Of a stretch of DNA of 64,000 nucleotides, positions 51,779 through 63,870 are shown piece by piece. The translations under genes and the position numbers were made by a program. Below the pieces are notes generated by a model that saw nothing but the letters and a program-made list of their open reading frames with translations, was not told the DNA's origin and searched no databases. This stretch comes from Tubulanus polymorphus (taxonomy: Eukaryota; Animalia; Nemertea), in NCBI RefSeq assembly GCF_964204645.1, contig NC_134033.1:5046231-5110230 (forward strand), written 5' to 3'. Positions within the stretch are counted from its first letter, which is position 1; each line of letters opens with the position of its first letter.

Positions 51779-51890
51779 ATGACCCAGTTCCACAGTTCTG
51801 GGTTAGGATTTGGTTAAGAGTAAACTCATTGAAAATGAACTATTTTAACTTTGAGTTATCTCTAACTCACAACTGTGGAACTGGATCCAG
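51779..51890. mobile_element. ~110-bp MITE, copy 3
   Basis: Terminal inverted repeats ccagttccacagtt...aactgtggaactgg, with the same core as 28524. Confidence 0.8.
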
Positions 51891-52479
51891 AAGTCACATT
51901 ATGGGTTATTCATACAGGGACTCGTTTACCCGATGAAGCTGCTCGAAGCTACTATAGTTGCAAAAGCCCGTGTCTAGCTAAGACTAAAATACAATACTGT
52001 CTGTCTTTTACATGTTACTAAACGAACAAAACAGTTTTATGAAACTTGATATAAGCGGTTATCTGACCAAATTCCTACAGCGGATTTTCATACAGAAATA
52101 TTCCTAATTTTTCATCCCATTAAAGGATAAAATTACTACAAAGTTACACATTTGAAACTTTACAAATTAGCCATATAGAAATTCACTCTGTTCCTTGAGT
52201 GAGATTTGAGTGAGATTTGTAAAAAAAGTGACAGTAGTGGATGGAACTGTAAATATTGCAAAGCAAAAGCCGTGACGGTTATTACTAATTTAAAAATGTA
52301 TTGCTAAAAACGCTTAGCGTTTTGAGGCGTGACGCATCTGCTGATCATACAGTATATCAATGACATCATTTGATGTTATTGCTCTGCTGGGTTTTGTATG
52401 TTACATAATCAAAACGATACAAATCAGTACAAATGATATTTTGTGAACGCGGCCGAGCTTAGAGATATAACGTGTTATA

Positions 52480-53795
52480 ATGATGGTTTCGTGCATGATT
52501 TTGATTTTAAACTTCAGTTTATTCACTGGAACCAAACTACCGATAGGTAAGAGACGTATTGATAATTTGTGATCACGTTTACAGTATATTTCAATTCTTA
52601 TATACAGCATAGTTTATGTATCCAATCTCATCACATCTGAAATACAAATAAAACTGGTCTGATGAGAAACATGATTCTACAACTTACTAAAGAGACCTTA
52701 TTTACAACTCTTATTCCACCGTCTACAGTAGACTGCCATCTGAATCTTTCCAGATGGCAATAGTGAAGATCTCTAAACAAGAGTATGGAAATAACATAAG
52801 TCATGGCCCGGAGAACTTCCTACTTTTTCAGTATTTCAATTAAAAGCATTCCAACAGAAATTTCGTTATTTGGGTCTTATTTGTTCTCATGTGTCGTATG
52901 ATTTACGATGATTTTGTGGCTGTTTTCGAATTCGAAAAATATTTTCAAATAACTTTTCTAGACACGTGTGGACCTCGGGAAAGGCTCCGATGGAACATTA
53001 TCGCGGGGAAGAGACAAGTAGGAAACATATATGTTTGTAGTAAGGCTTCTGCTATGAGACAGTGTATGTATCAATGCGCGCATCATACACAGTTTCTCTG
53101 TATGTCACTCTGTTATCACCGATCAACTGAACTCTGTTGTATTCATCCTGAAAGTAGATTCACTCGGCCGGATTTGTTCCGAGATGGGTCAGCGTATGAT
53201 TATATGGATTGGTACTGTGAACGTGCAGATGAGTTAGGTATGTAAACCCCTAAACCTGTTTAATCGAATATTCGGTTTAATCGCTGGATTGTAGCGAGTC
53301 TGACGAATTCTGAAAAGTGGCCATTTTCGGAAAAATTTATATCAGGCTCTGATTAGTGCTTAATTTGCAGGTAAATCCTGGTAATGTTTGAAAATTCCCA
53401 TCGGATTAAAGAATAAAACGCATTTAAAAGTTAGAAATTCCGTTGTTTTAATTTTTGCTGACAAAAAGCAACTACGATTATTCTAGCAAGGTTTATGGTT
53501 TGTATATTGTAAATTTAATTTCGAATATTTTGTAGTTTTTCTGATTGATACCGGTTCAAAGAATCTGCCTTCGCCTGAAATCAACCCACTCGAACCAGTC
53601 GCAGCAACAGCGTCCGGGAATAACTGCGGTTTGAAATGTCTTTGGAATCGTGAATGTGATTTGTTCGTCATCAAACGACAAAAAAACATCGTCAAATGTC
53701 GTTTATATAATACAGATCTGATTGCCGTTGATCAATGGAAACAATCCACTGATGAAATGATCTTTAAGGATGAGTCTAGATTCCGACACCTGTGA
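52480..53795 (+). CDS. Secreted protein with two PAN/Apple domains, 200 aa, 3 exons
   Basis: Exons: 52480-52546 (MMVSCMILILNFSLFTGTKLPI+G, donor gtaaga), 52962-53237 (QCMYQC..FLCMSLCY..LCCIH..YDYMDWYC) and 53536-53795 (NCGLKCLWNRECDLFVI..VKCRLY). Phases 1-1, 603 nt. Confidence 0.82.
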
Positions 53796-54981
53796 ATATT
53801 CTAATCATGCATATAATAATTAATTTACTTTGAAAGCTTTGATGTTAACAAATTACGATAATTCAATAATATGTAAATATTGCGATATGGCAATTAAGTG
53901 TAATCAAACGTTTGCAGTCATTTCAATAGAAATTTCAAAGGGCATTCTATCCTTTAGGAAGATTTTTTGGTAATAATGAATTCATGCTATTGTATACTGT
54001 TGCTGCCATCATATATGATATGATATACCTATGTTAGTGGGTGTAAATGTGACAAAATGATGGTGATTTTATCAATCTTAGATACGTACACTACGCGTAT
54101 AACGGCACTGAACGCACGCACGTGTTTGTTTTTATTAACAGAGATATTGTCATGAATAGCGCTGATCGCGTTGTGGGTGAACTACGTTATCGAAGAGAAA
54201 ATAACTGAATGACTGATTTTGGACCAATCAGAATGTTTTTTTTTTCGGTTAGCCAGATCCCAGGTTGTTATTCATATACAAATGTAGCATTTGGTTTATT
54301 AATCACGAAAAGTACAATTTCTGTGGCGTATGTGTACTTTATGAAATCAGGTCACAGTTCATTAGATGTCATTGAAGATTGAGAAATATATCGCTCTTAC
54401 GTTCATTAATTTTATTATTCGTCCCGTGGTTGAAACACACAGAGACAAAGCTATATATCGGTGTTAAATACAATTTCAAATTCACATTTTAAAGAACGTT
54501 CTGTTTTGGTCTTTATTTTCTGACTTTTGATATATAGACTGTAGGTACCCAGTATCATAGGTACCACCTATAAACAATTTTGATTTTATAACCGATACCT
54601 AGGATTTCGGTTCGGATTTTTTATTTTGTACCCCGAGCTATCGTGACAAGTACTTGTACCTATGAGTAAGCCGTATACCAACAAATCTATTTCATCAGCA
54701 GGCAATTTCTAAAACTTCCCACGCGAATAAATTAGTTGATCAAGATACAAGGAGATATGTTAGTAAACTATATAGAATGAAATAGTTGTGGCTAATTTCG
54801 AAATTTCGTTAAACACATCTGATATCGCCCCGGAAATTACCATAAATTTTTGATTTTGATTTCCCTCTTTTTTGTATTGTCGATTGGTTTCAATAATAAT
54901 CATCAAACAGTTCGTATCGTTGGTCTCTAGGATACGCGCCGTGACGTTTTAATTAGTAAAGTTATTACTACAAAACACTCG

Positions 54982-55183
54982 TTTGAGGCGTGACAAATCT
55001 GCTAATCATACAGTACATCAATGCAGCTATCATTGAATGTTATTGCTCTGGATGAGCTTATCATTTTAAAATATTAAAACATGAGATACAAATCAGTTGA
55101 AATAATAATTCAGAGACCGCGCATACAGCCACATATTGTTATAATGTTTGTTTTGTGCATGATTTCCAGTTTCAAGGCCAGCT
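54982..55183 (+). other. Paralogue of the PAN-gene upstream region and first exon
   Basis: Matches 52321-52500 (tttgaggcgtgac..atctgct.atcatacagta.atcaatg...gttataatg...gtgcatgattt). The frame 55081-55183 is open and ends at a possible phase-1 donor gtaggc. Confidence 0.6.
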
Positions 55184-56220
55184 GTAGGCTGAGCCTATTA
55201 CTATACAAATGGAGCGAATTTAAATGCCCTTATGAAAATGGTACACGTGTATTTAGCTAAATACACGTGTAATACACGTGTAATATGAAATTACACGTGT
55301 ACTTTTGACGTGTATTTTGAAGTACATGTGTAAAACACGTGTATTTCTAAAATACACGTGTAGTTTGGACATGTAATTTGAATTACACGTGTACTGAAGA
55401 TGTGTATTTTGAAATACACGTGTAACTTAGGACGTGTATTTTAAAAACACGTGTAAATTCATGTGTGGCTTCTGAAATACATGTGCAATCTGGATGCATG
55501 TACTAGGCTAAATTATACATGTACCTTGTTTCTCATAATTGGTCAATTTTGTGAACTGCAATAAAATTTGTAATTACATCATTTAGCTTCACATGATTTC
55601 ATAAAAAGTAAGATTTTGCATGTAATGTTCGGAGAATTGAAGGAATCTCCTGTCTTTATAATTGTTTGATCCTCATTTAGTAGTTTTTTTCCAGGATGCC
55701 GTGTCAAAAAAGTCATGTTGTTTCTCCTGTATTGACTAGATTGGATCCTGTATGAATGAAACACATGTCTTTGTTGCCCCCTGAATAAATCCAAAAACTG
55801 TTTCACAAAAATCATGATCTGAACAAAAAATTTTGGATATTTCATTTATTATCAAGATAACTAGAGGCTTAGGGGACTGCCCAAGCCTCGAATTACAATG
55901 TTATTTATGAAAAATGTTGAATATATTGCTGTCACCAGCTCCAAGTGTTCTGCTTTCCTTGTAGGCCCATTCATTAATTTTTCTAGCTAGCTCTTCTTAG
56001 CCGAGGAGTCTTTTCAGTTGTTCATTAATGGGCATGTACACAAAAAATGTCCTTTTTCCTCTAATGTTGCCTTATCATACTGTATATCACATAATGAACA
56101 TTTGTATCATACCTGCAGTTTTTTGAATAATGTCTGGTTCAAGTCCAGTATAGCGTGGAATAGTTCCCCGCTCAAAGATACATTTTTAGAAAAGGAGTAA
56201 TTCGGCTACGTACTTTTCAA

Positions 56221-57008
56221 GACAAACCGACAAACCGACATACCGACAAACCGACAAACCGACGAACCGACGAACCGACAAACCGACATACTCGTATTCC
56301 CTCGATCCAGCCACGGGTAATCCACGGAAAAACCCTGTCCCTCGATCCTAGCCACATTATATAAGGGTAATCCACAGAACCACGCAGCCCCTCGATCGCC
56401 ACATTATATAAGGGTAATCCACGCAACCACGCAGCCTCTCGATCCCAGCCACTTTATATAAGGGTAATCCACGCAACCACGCAGCCCCTCGATCCTAGCC
56501 ACTTTATATGAGGGAAATCGGCGGGTAATCCACGCATATACCCAGCCCCTCGATCCTAGCCACTTTATATGAGGGTAATCGGCGGGTAATCCACGCATAT
56601 ACCCAGCCCCTCGATCCCAGCCACTTTATATAAGGGTAATTCATGCACCAAACAGCCCCTCGATCCCAGCCAATTTATACAAGGTTACATACCCAGCCCC
56701 TCGATCCCAGCCACTTAACATAAGGGTAATCCACGCATACACGCAGCCCCTCGATCCCAGCCACTTTATATCAGGGTAATCCACGCAAGGATTTGTCGGT
56801 TCGTCGGTTTGCCGGTATGTCGGTTTGCCGGTATGTCGGTTTGTCGGTATGTCGGTTTGTCGGTATGTCGGTTTGTCGGTTCGTCGGTTTGTCGGTATGT
56901 CGGTTTGTCGGTATGTCGGTTTGTCGGTTCGTCGGTTTGTCGGTTCGTCGGTTTGTCGGTATGTCGGTTCGTCGGTTTGTCTGTATGTCGGTATGTTCGA
57001 ACGTCCCT
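56221..57008. repeat. Nested foldback insertion: (CCGACAAA)n arm, ~38-49-bp minisatellite, (TTTGTCGG)n arm
   Basis: The 8-bp repeat arms at 56221-56290 and 56791-56995 are reverse complements of each other. The central units contain ccctcgatcccagccactttatataagggtaatccacgca. Confidence 0.9.
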
Positions 57009-57019
57009 ATGGCGTAATG

Positions 57020-57400
57020 TCGTAAGATTCAATCAGTCCAATATTGGCGGATTAATTCCAAATACCAGTCCAATGTGATAAGTCCCTGCTGGAACTTTTT
57101 AATGCTATAATGGACTTGAGCCTAATGTCTTATATACAGCGCAGTAATATTTGTTCACCTCCGCACATAGAGAAAATCTTTTCAAAATAGGCATTTAGAA
57201 CTGCGTAGAACCGCTTCTCAGTAACAGTAAATTCAACCGATCCAACAATCCAGTCAAAATAGTTTATGTGGATCCAGCTTCGAGGGAGAACACCTGGGGA
57301 GAACGTCATAATAGTAGTAACAGCCCCACGAAGAGTCACCTCAGCATTTGTGTGGAGAGGATCATCTATTTCCATCAATGAGCTGTGGCTGCAAAACAGA
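57020..57400 (-). pseudogene. Possible degenerate EnSpm transposase N-terminal remnant
   Basis: DDPLHTNAEVTLRGAVTTIMTF and a downstream KYYC in another frame resemble, from memory, the PLYxxAxxT...HYYC start of animal EnSpm transposases. Broken by frameshifts. Confidence 0.35.
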
Positions 57401-57779
57401 TTAAACATTGTGGTGATTGGTCAAGTTCATATCGGATGAGTAGATTGGCAATTAAGATTGCATTCACTTTAGTCATAAGGCACTGTATTACTAACTTACG
57501 TCGTCACAACCATTGTCTGCATTATTGGTGGATTGTGGCCATTTTCAATTCTTAAATCTTCCAGATTCTCAAAATCAACTTCTTGAAAAATCGAAATGTC
57601 CATCATTTAGCAACATATTACCATCTACAAAACAAGAAGTAATTTGAGAATAAATTATTATCAAGCATATAGAACTTAAGGCTACAGTAGGCCTATACGT
57701 AGGTTGATTTCCAGCTAGCGATTTCGTAGCCTATTGTTGCGATGAACAGTAAACCTCATGCATAACGTACCAGATCGGA

Positions 57780-58399
57780 CCTGGATTTTTTGTCTGTAAG
57801 GGCTTATATACGAAATACATAGCATTGTCTATCATACATTATCCATTATATATGTATATACCATATTTTGTATGTTATACACCATATTTTGTATTTTAAA
57901 TTACACGTGTACTGAAGATGTGTATTTTGAAATACACGTGTAACTTAGGACGTGTATTTTAAAAACACGTGTAAATTCATGTGTGGCTTCTGAAATACAT
58001 GTGCAATCTGGATGCATGTACTAGGCTAAATTATACATGTACCTTGTTTCTCATAATTGGTCACTTTTGTGAACTGCAATAAAATTTGTAATTACATCAT
58101 TTAGCTTCACATGAGATTTCATAAAAAGTAAGATTTTGCATGTAATGTTCGGAGAATTGAAGGAATCTCCTGTCTTTATAATTGTTTGATCCTCATTTAG
58201 TAGTTTTTTCCAGGATGCCGTGTCAGAAAAGTCACGTTGTTTGTCCTGTATTGACTAGATTGGATCCTGTATGAATGAAACACATGTATTTGTTGCCCTG
58301 GATTTTTTGTCTGTAAGGGCTTATATACGAAATACATAGCATTGCCTATCATACATTATCCATTATATATGTATACACCATATTTTGTATGTTATACAC
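57780..58399 (+). repeat. Internal duplications within the EnSpm element (B-A'-B' arrangement)
   Basis: 57899-58300 duplicates 55381-55780; 58297-58399 duplicates 57780-57882. Confidence 0.92.
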
Positions 58400-59329
58400 A
58401 TAAAAAGTATGTGGTACAATGCGATCGTCCAATATACAGACACTGAGACAGACAGAGGCCATCCCCTCAATTAGAACTGAGCCCGCTTGTAAAAACTAAC
58501 AACATTAACATTAAACTAAACAATTGGCCTATGCAATTGCATAATTCTCCATGTCTCTTGTTTGTCCTGTCAACTTTATTGAACTGTCAAACCAATAATA
58601 TACTTGTTTAACATTGAATTGATAAGAACCAATAAGGTCAATTTGATTTGCTTAGATTTAAAATGATCTTACCTCCAAATGTTTAACATGTAGGCCTACT
58701 CGCGTATTTTAACTGGCCTTCTACTTGCAATTTCTTTTTCAAACTCCATGCTTGCAAAAGACGAATTCGGTTGGTATACATCGATATTTACGGGTAATTT
58801 TTCCACTAAAAAGTGCATCTTGATGTTATTTGTCTTCCATTTTGGAACACTACTAAAATGAAAACCTCACTGACGAACTGACGAGCTCCGATTAAATGGT
58901 TTTCAATGAACAGAAAAACAACCTAGACAAAATAATCTCATCTAGATGTTGAATTAAATAGTAACAGGCCTTATTCATGCACCGTTTTGTCTATTTTTAT
59001 AACTTACTTAATTGATTTCGCCTTAGCTTCATAATAACTTAGTATAAGTTATTTTTACTAATTAAATATCACTAATCACGGTTATTCTTAAATTCTAAAA
59101 GAACTAAAATGCAGATGTAAAACTTATTAATAATTAAATAATTTATTTCAATTAAACTCCCAAGCACCCCTGCGTGGTGGCAGCCATATTGCCATTGTTA
59201 AGCAACACGTTTTCACGCCATTTTCACAGGCTTTCACGATCTATTCGTGATCTATTCACGATCTATTCTATTCTCATAATGATTGCAAAACGCATTAATG
59301 GATGACAATGTAATATGTAATAGATGAAA

Positions 59330-60910
59330 TCTAAGTGACGGACGCTTCGTCACCGCAGCTTGATTTAATTTTCACGACTAAGATTAAGAAATCATAACAA
59401 TTCGAAAACAACCTCGTTCACGTATGGAGTGTAACAAAAACACTCAAAATAGTGTCAGTGACTAAAGGAACACCGAGAAAATTAATTGTTGTCAATGAAA
59501 CTGGAAAGAAACTCTTACTAACTCTTAAAGTCTATCAATTTTATTTCGATGTTGAAATTGTTCTGTAGATTTGGGCCCCGAGCATTAAATTATTGAAGAA
59601 ATTAAATCAATTCTTATTGTTAAGCTTGGAAAAATGAAAACTGATGCCATGTAGTTAAGTGGTGGGGGAAAGAAGATGAAACTTCAACTTTAAGGTTCGA
59701 TTAATTTCTGGTTATTAAAAATTTTGGCTTATATTTTGATTAGGAAAATTATGACGAACCTGTTCATTTCATCTGTAGATCAAATGAAATTAAATTTTCT
59801 ATGAAAATAACTTGACCCATTTCTTAACTAAATATAAACTGGTGTTTGGCTACCCGGGACAGGTCGGTTTACTACTGCTAAAAAGATTACTATTTCGATT
59901 TGTATCAGGAATTTTTCAATGGTTTATGAACCACTTTGTAAAACCCGAAATGTTAAAACCGACATTATGGTGAAACTGAGACGGTTTGCAAGATTGAAGA
60001 ATTTGAGCTGGTGTTAATTTAGAAATGAGCTCCATTTGAAAAGTAAAGGAAGACGAGAAAAAATGAAAGACACGTTGAAACACTTCGATCGCATAATTTT
60101 TTTCTGCCAGAAAAAAAAAATCGAATAAATTATCAGCAGTAAAATTTAAATGTCAATACAAAAATTGATTTCTCTCGCAAAAAATATTTATTTGTTTCTT
60201 ATTCTCGGGGGTATGTCGAGTACCGGGAATCTAAGGCTCAAAATTAATAGTGCACGTGGCCAGCGGTACCGAATTCCTTATTTGGTGAAAGAAGGGGCGG
60301 AGACTAATGTTTTTGCCGACCGCGATGTCGCTGCTCCGCGGAGCGAGACCGTGCCGCCTTGAAATTTTAAGCAAATCGTACGACAACGCGACTCATCGCA
60401 GTTTTAGGGTCATTAAACTTGATAAATGATCACATATTTCAGCGCTGCGGCTGGGGTTGACTGTCGCATGCGCGTGCGAGAGCGTAATTCTCCGGGATTC
60501 GAACCTGCGATGGCTGGACCGGGCCCCGGCGCGTGGTTTGTTTATTATGAATTCGCTCCCCGTTGCTTCGGGAATTTCAGCTATTTTCGAACTCGTTCGA
60601 TCAACGCGGTTCATTGTTAAACTATTCATCGACCCAATCTTGTTCGAAATTTCATGAAATAAATAAATTCTGAAATAACCCGATCCATAAATTGCCTTAT
60701 TTTAGTTATTTCGCTGCCGGATTTTAGCGTGACGTAATTCTACTTCCGATTTCCCCATGAACTTCAAACCGGACGTCAAGTGACGTCATTTTTTTCTGAC
60801 TTTGTCAGCTAGTCAGAATCGGTTAAGAAGACACTTCGTAGTAACCACATATACGCGTTTACCAAAGGGACGTCCTCCGGGCGCCTTCGGCGCCCGGCGT
60901 CCGTCTATAA
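59330..60910 (+). mobile_element. Helentron-like non-autonomous element nested in the EnSpm element
   Basis: Subterminal inverted repeats gacggacgc (59337-59345) and gcgtccgtc (60897-60905). End hairpin ccgggcgcc-ttc-ggcgcccgg (60877-60897). Start hairpin gtgacg...cgtcac. Confidence 0.6.
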
Positions 60911-63539
60911 TAGGGGATCATTGACAACTGGACCAAAAGTGACACTGCTTCTTTGTTTGAGGTGAAACACATAGTGGATCATTGAATGATTAGATTCATT
61001 TAGAGTGGATTCCAATGGAAGTGGAACAGAAAAAGTCGAAGGCCATTTATTATCCCGCGTTTAAAGGACGCGTTGTGGATTGTTCAGGTATGATTATTGT
61101 TATGTACATGTAGTAAAGTAAAGGTTTATTGTGTTGGGCTTCAGGCCACCACAAGGTCACTAAAAGAATATGTTTATTGGAATGAAAACTAACATGACTA
61201 AGTAAATATTGTAGGCCTAAAAGTATTGAATTGAATTTGAATTAGTTATAGTTATTAGGAGGCCTTAAATGATTGAATGCCCAGTGAAAAAATTGTGAGT
61301 GATCATTCCAATCGTGAGGGATAAAAATGGAGTGTCTTTGGTGTTTATTCATCGGTCCAATCTAAAAACCGCAGGGTCATTTTGATTTTGTTGTGCGCCC
61401 ATCATCGCCATTAAATTTGTATGCTGGACATGAAATTAGGAGTTTCGCTGTCGGAGTTTCGATTGGGGACAAAAACGACGTTAGTGCAATCAATTCTTGA
61501 CCATTTTTTTTCAAACTTTATAGGGTCTACACCAATAAGAATTGATCCAATGACCGACACTATAAAATTGGAATTCCCATTTTTTGGCTTAAAAATGTGT
61601 CCACCAGGGGATTGTTGGAAAACGATGTTAGTGCGAGAGAGCCTTCAATTCTCCACTGATTTCTCAACAATGACAGTGTGATGAAAATCAGGTATTTACA
61701 TAATAGATTATATGAGCGTCAAAATGGTTTTAGTGTAGATTACAGCGTGAGCATTGTTAATTCTTCTCATTTAAGGATGCCTACTCACTATTGGATGATA
61801 CAACAGCTGCTGCCATACGCTGATTAGTCGGAAAACCTAATACTGTTGGGTGCATGCATGCTGTCGTCCACTCATTTAAAAGAAGAACTAATTGTCAAGG
61901 CATTGGACTGGATGCGATGCAATGAAAGTCTTCCATGAGGAAAAAAGTTGGACCCAAACCGGGTCAGCTAAATAATACGTAAGTACATGAATTCAATATA
62001 TAATGGCTAGCGTTCATTTGTTGTTGATTTACAGGGGCGAATCCAAGCTGGAAGAACGAGGGTTCAGCTCTTATGAAAAGGGCCCTAGTCAATACAGGTC
62101 TCCCGGTGTGAAACGGTAGTTTGGGGTTTGTGCACTTTGATCATAGGGTGGATTTTTTCTCCTGTGATTCAAAAGGGCACTTGGTCAGAAAAGGGGAGGG
62201 TTTAACGTTTAATATGGCTCGAGGCGAACAATCACCGTGTCCTGATGCGTTGGGTGATTCAGTCGAAGGACGTGTTGGATTCGGGCGATTCAGTCGGCGC
62301 AGACCCTGACAAACTAGGTGATTTTACCGACGATTTCATTGCACAACATAAGTGCTCGACGAAATTGCCTTATGTGTCCCCAGCTTTAGTCCATTTGAGA
62401 CTTTAGTCCAAGCGGGCTATTGCATTCACCCTTTGTTCATCTGTTGTTGGAATCCAGTATTTTGGGAAGTTTTAATACTTTTGATATTTAAGTTATACAT
62501 ATATCTATCCTAGCCATGTCTCCAGCCCAAAACTGGTCCGAATCAAGATGGCTGCATTGGCCAACTGCATTGGCCATTTTCATTCCCCAAAATCATCACT
62601 TATGAAGATGCTTCAATCTTGACACAAGATGGCCATCATGTGACCTTTTTGTACCCAAAAAGGTCATTTTTGCCTTGTAGCTGCCTAATGGTTTGCAATT
62701 TTTCTTTGAAATTTGTAATGGGTGTACATTCTTAACAATCTAAAACATACGAGACAGATTTTTCGATCAGTCAAGCGTGACACATTTGGCAGCCATCTTA
62801 GTGTCATCAGTTCTTATTCATAGAAAGAAAAAGGTTTTTGAAGGAAAATATCAACAGGTTTTGACTTATAGTCTTGATATTTGATAATTGTTACCACTGT
62901 TGTAGTATTCATCTCATGTGGAATTGGGGTTACCCAGGTTTTTGTTCTCACCACCAGGGGGGTTGAATATTGAATTATATAAGGGTCATTCATTTATTAC
63001 GCACGCATTAGGAGTTTCAATGTCCTGTTTCTATTTTATTATGTTGATTGGTTAGCATTCGAAACCATATGGGCATGGTGTCCCTAGACCCCTTGTTTTT
63101 CATCAGGTGGCGTTGAACATTGAAATTTCCAGATTGTCAAGCATTTCACCATATGGCTTAAAATCAAGTCATTGAAGAGTGCAAAAACTGTTAACTGTTA
63201 TATGCAGAAGACTCTTAGAAAAAGCTACAGAATTCAATCATCATCCCAAGCAGCTGAATTTGAATTATTTATCCGGGTAAAGAAATCATTGTATACTTTT
63301 GCTTAATTTTTTCAAATGGTTATCATTTCAGAACAATGTCGAAAGGAGAAGGGTGCGAAAGAGGCCAACATAAGACATGCCATAACTCAAAGATTTATAA
63401 AATTTATGAAGATGAATAAATCAGTTAGTATGGAAAATGTGAATCTCTTGAGTACGTTCATTCTAAACAGCACATGGATTAAGGAGATTTCCTCACATGG
63501 TGGTTTGATTTGAATTCAACAAAAAATGGCAATTGAAGA

Positions 63540-63870
63540 CACATGTATTTAGCATGAAGTACACGTGTAAGACACGTGTAATATTGGATGAAATACACGT
63601 GTAATTAGGATAAAGTACACGTGTAATACAAGATGAAAAACACGTGTAATAAGGATGAAGTACACGTGTAATACACGTGTAATTTGGATGAAGTACACGT
63701 GTAATTAGGATGAAGTACACGTGTAATTTGGATGAAGTACACGTGTAATACACGTGTAATTTGGATGAAGTACACGTGTAATTGGGATAAAGTACACGTG
63801 TAAAATTGGGCAAATTTTACACGTGTACTTGAAATACACGAGTATTTTCATTTACAATTACACGTGTACC
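63540..63870. repeat. Subterminal array of palindromic TACACGTGTA (11/22-bp period)
   Basis: About 15 CACGTG cores counted by eye here, and about 9 in the left array at 55242-55455. Confidence 0.93.

Noticed and set aside
56217-57078. Several ORFs of SVCRFVG/HTDKPTNR repeats
   Set aside because: Translations of the 8-bp repeats and the minisatellite.
63493-63813. 106-aa ORF of TRVLHPNYTC repeats
   Set aside because: Translation of the EnSpm subterminal repeat array.
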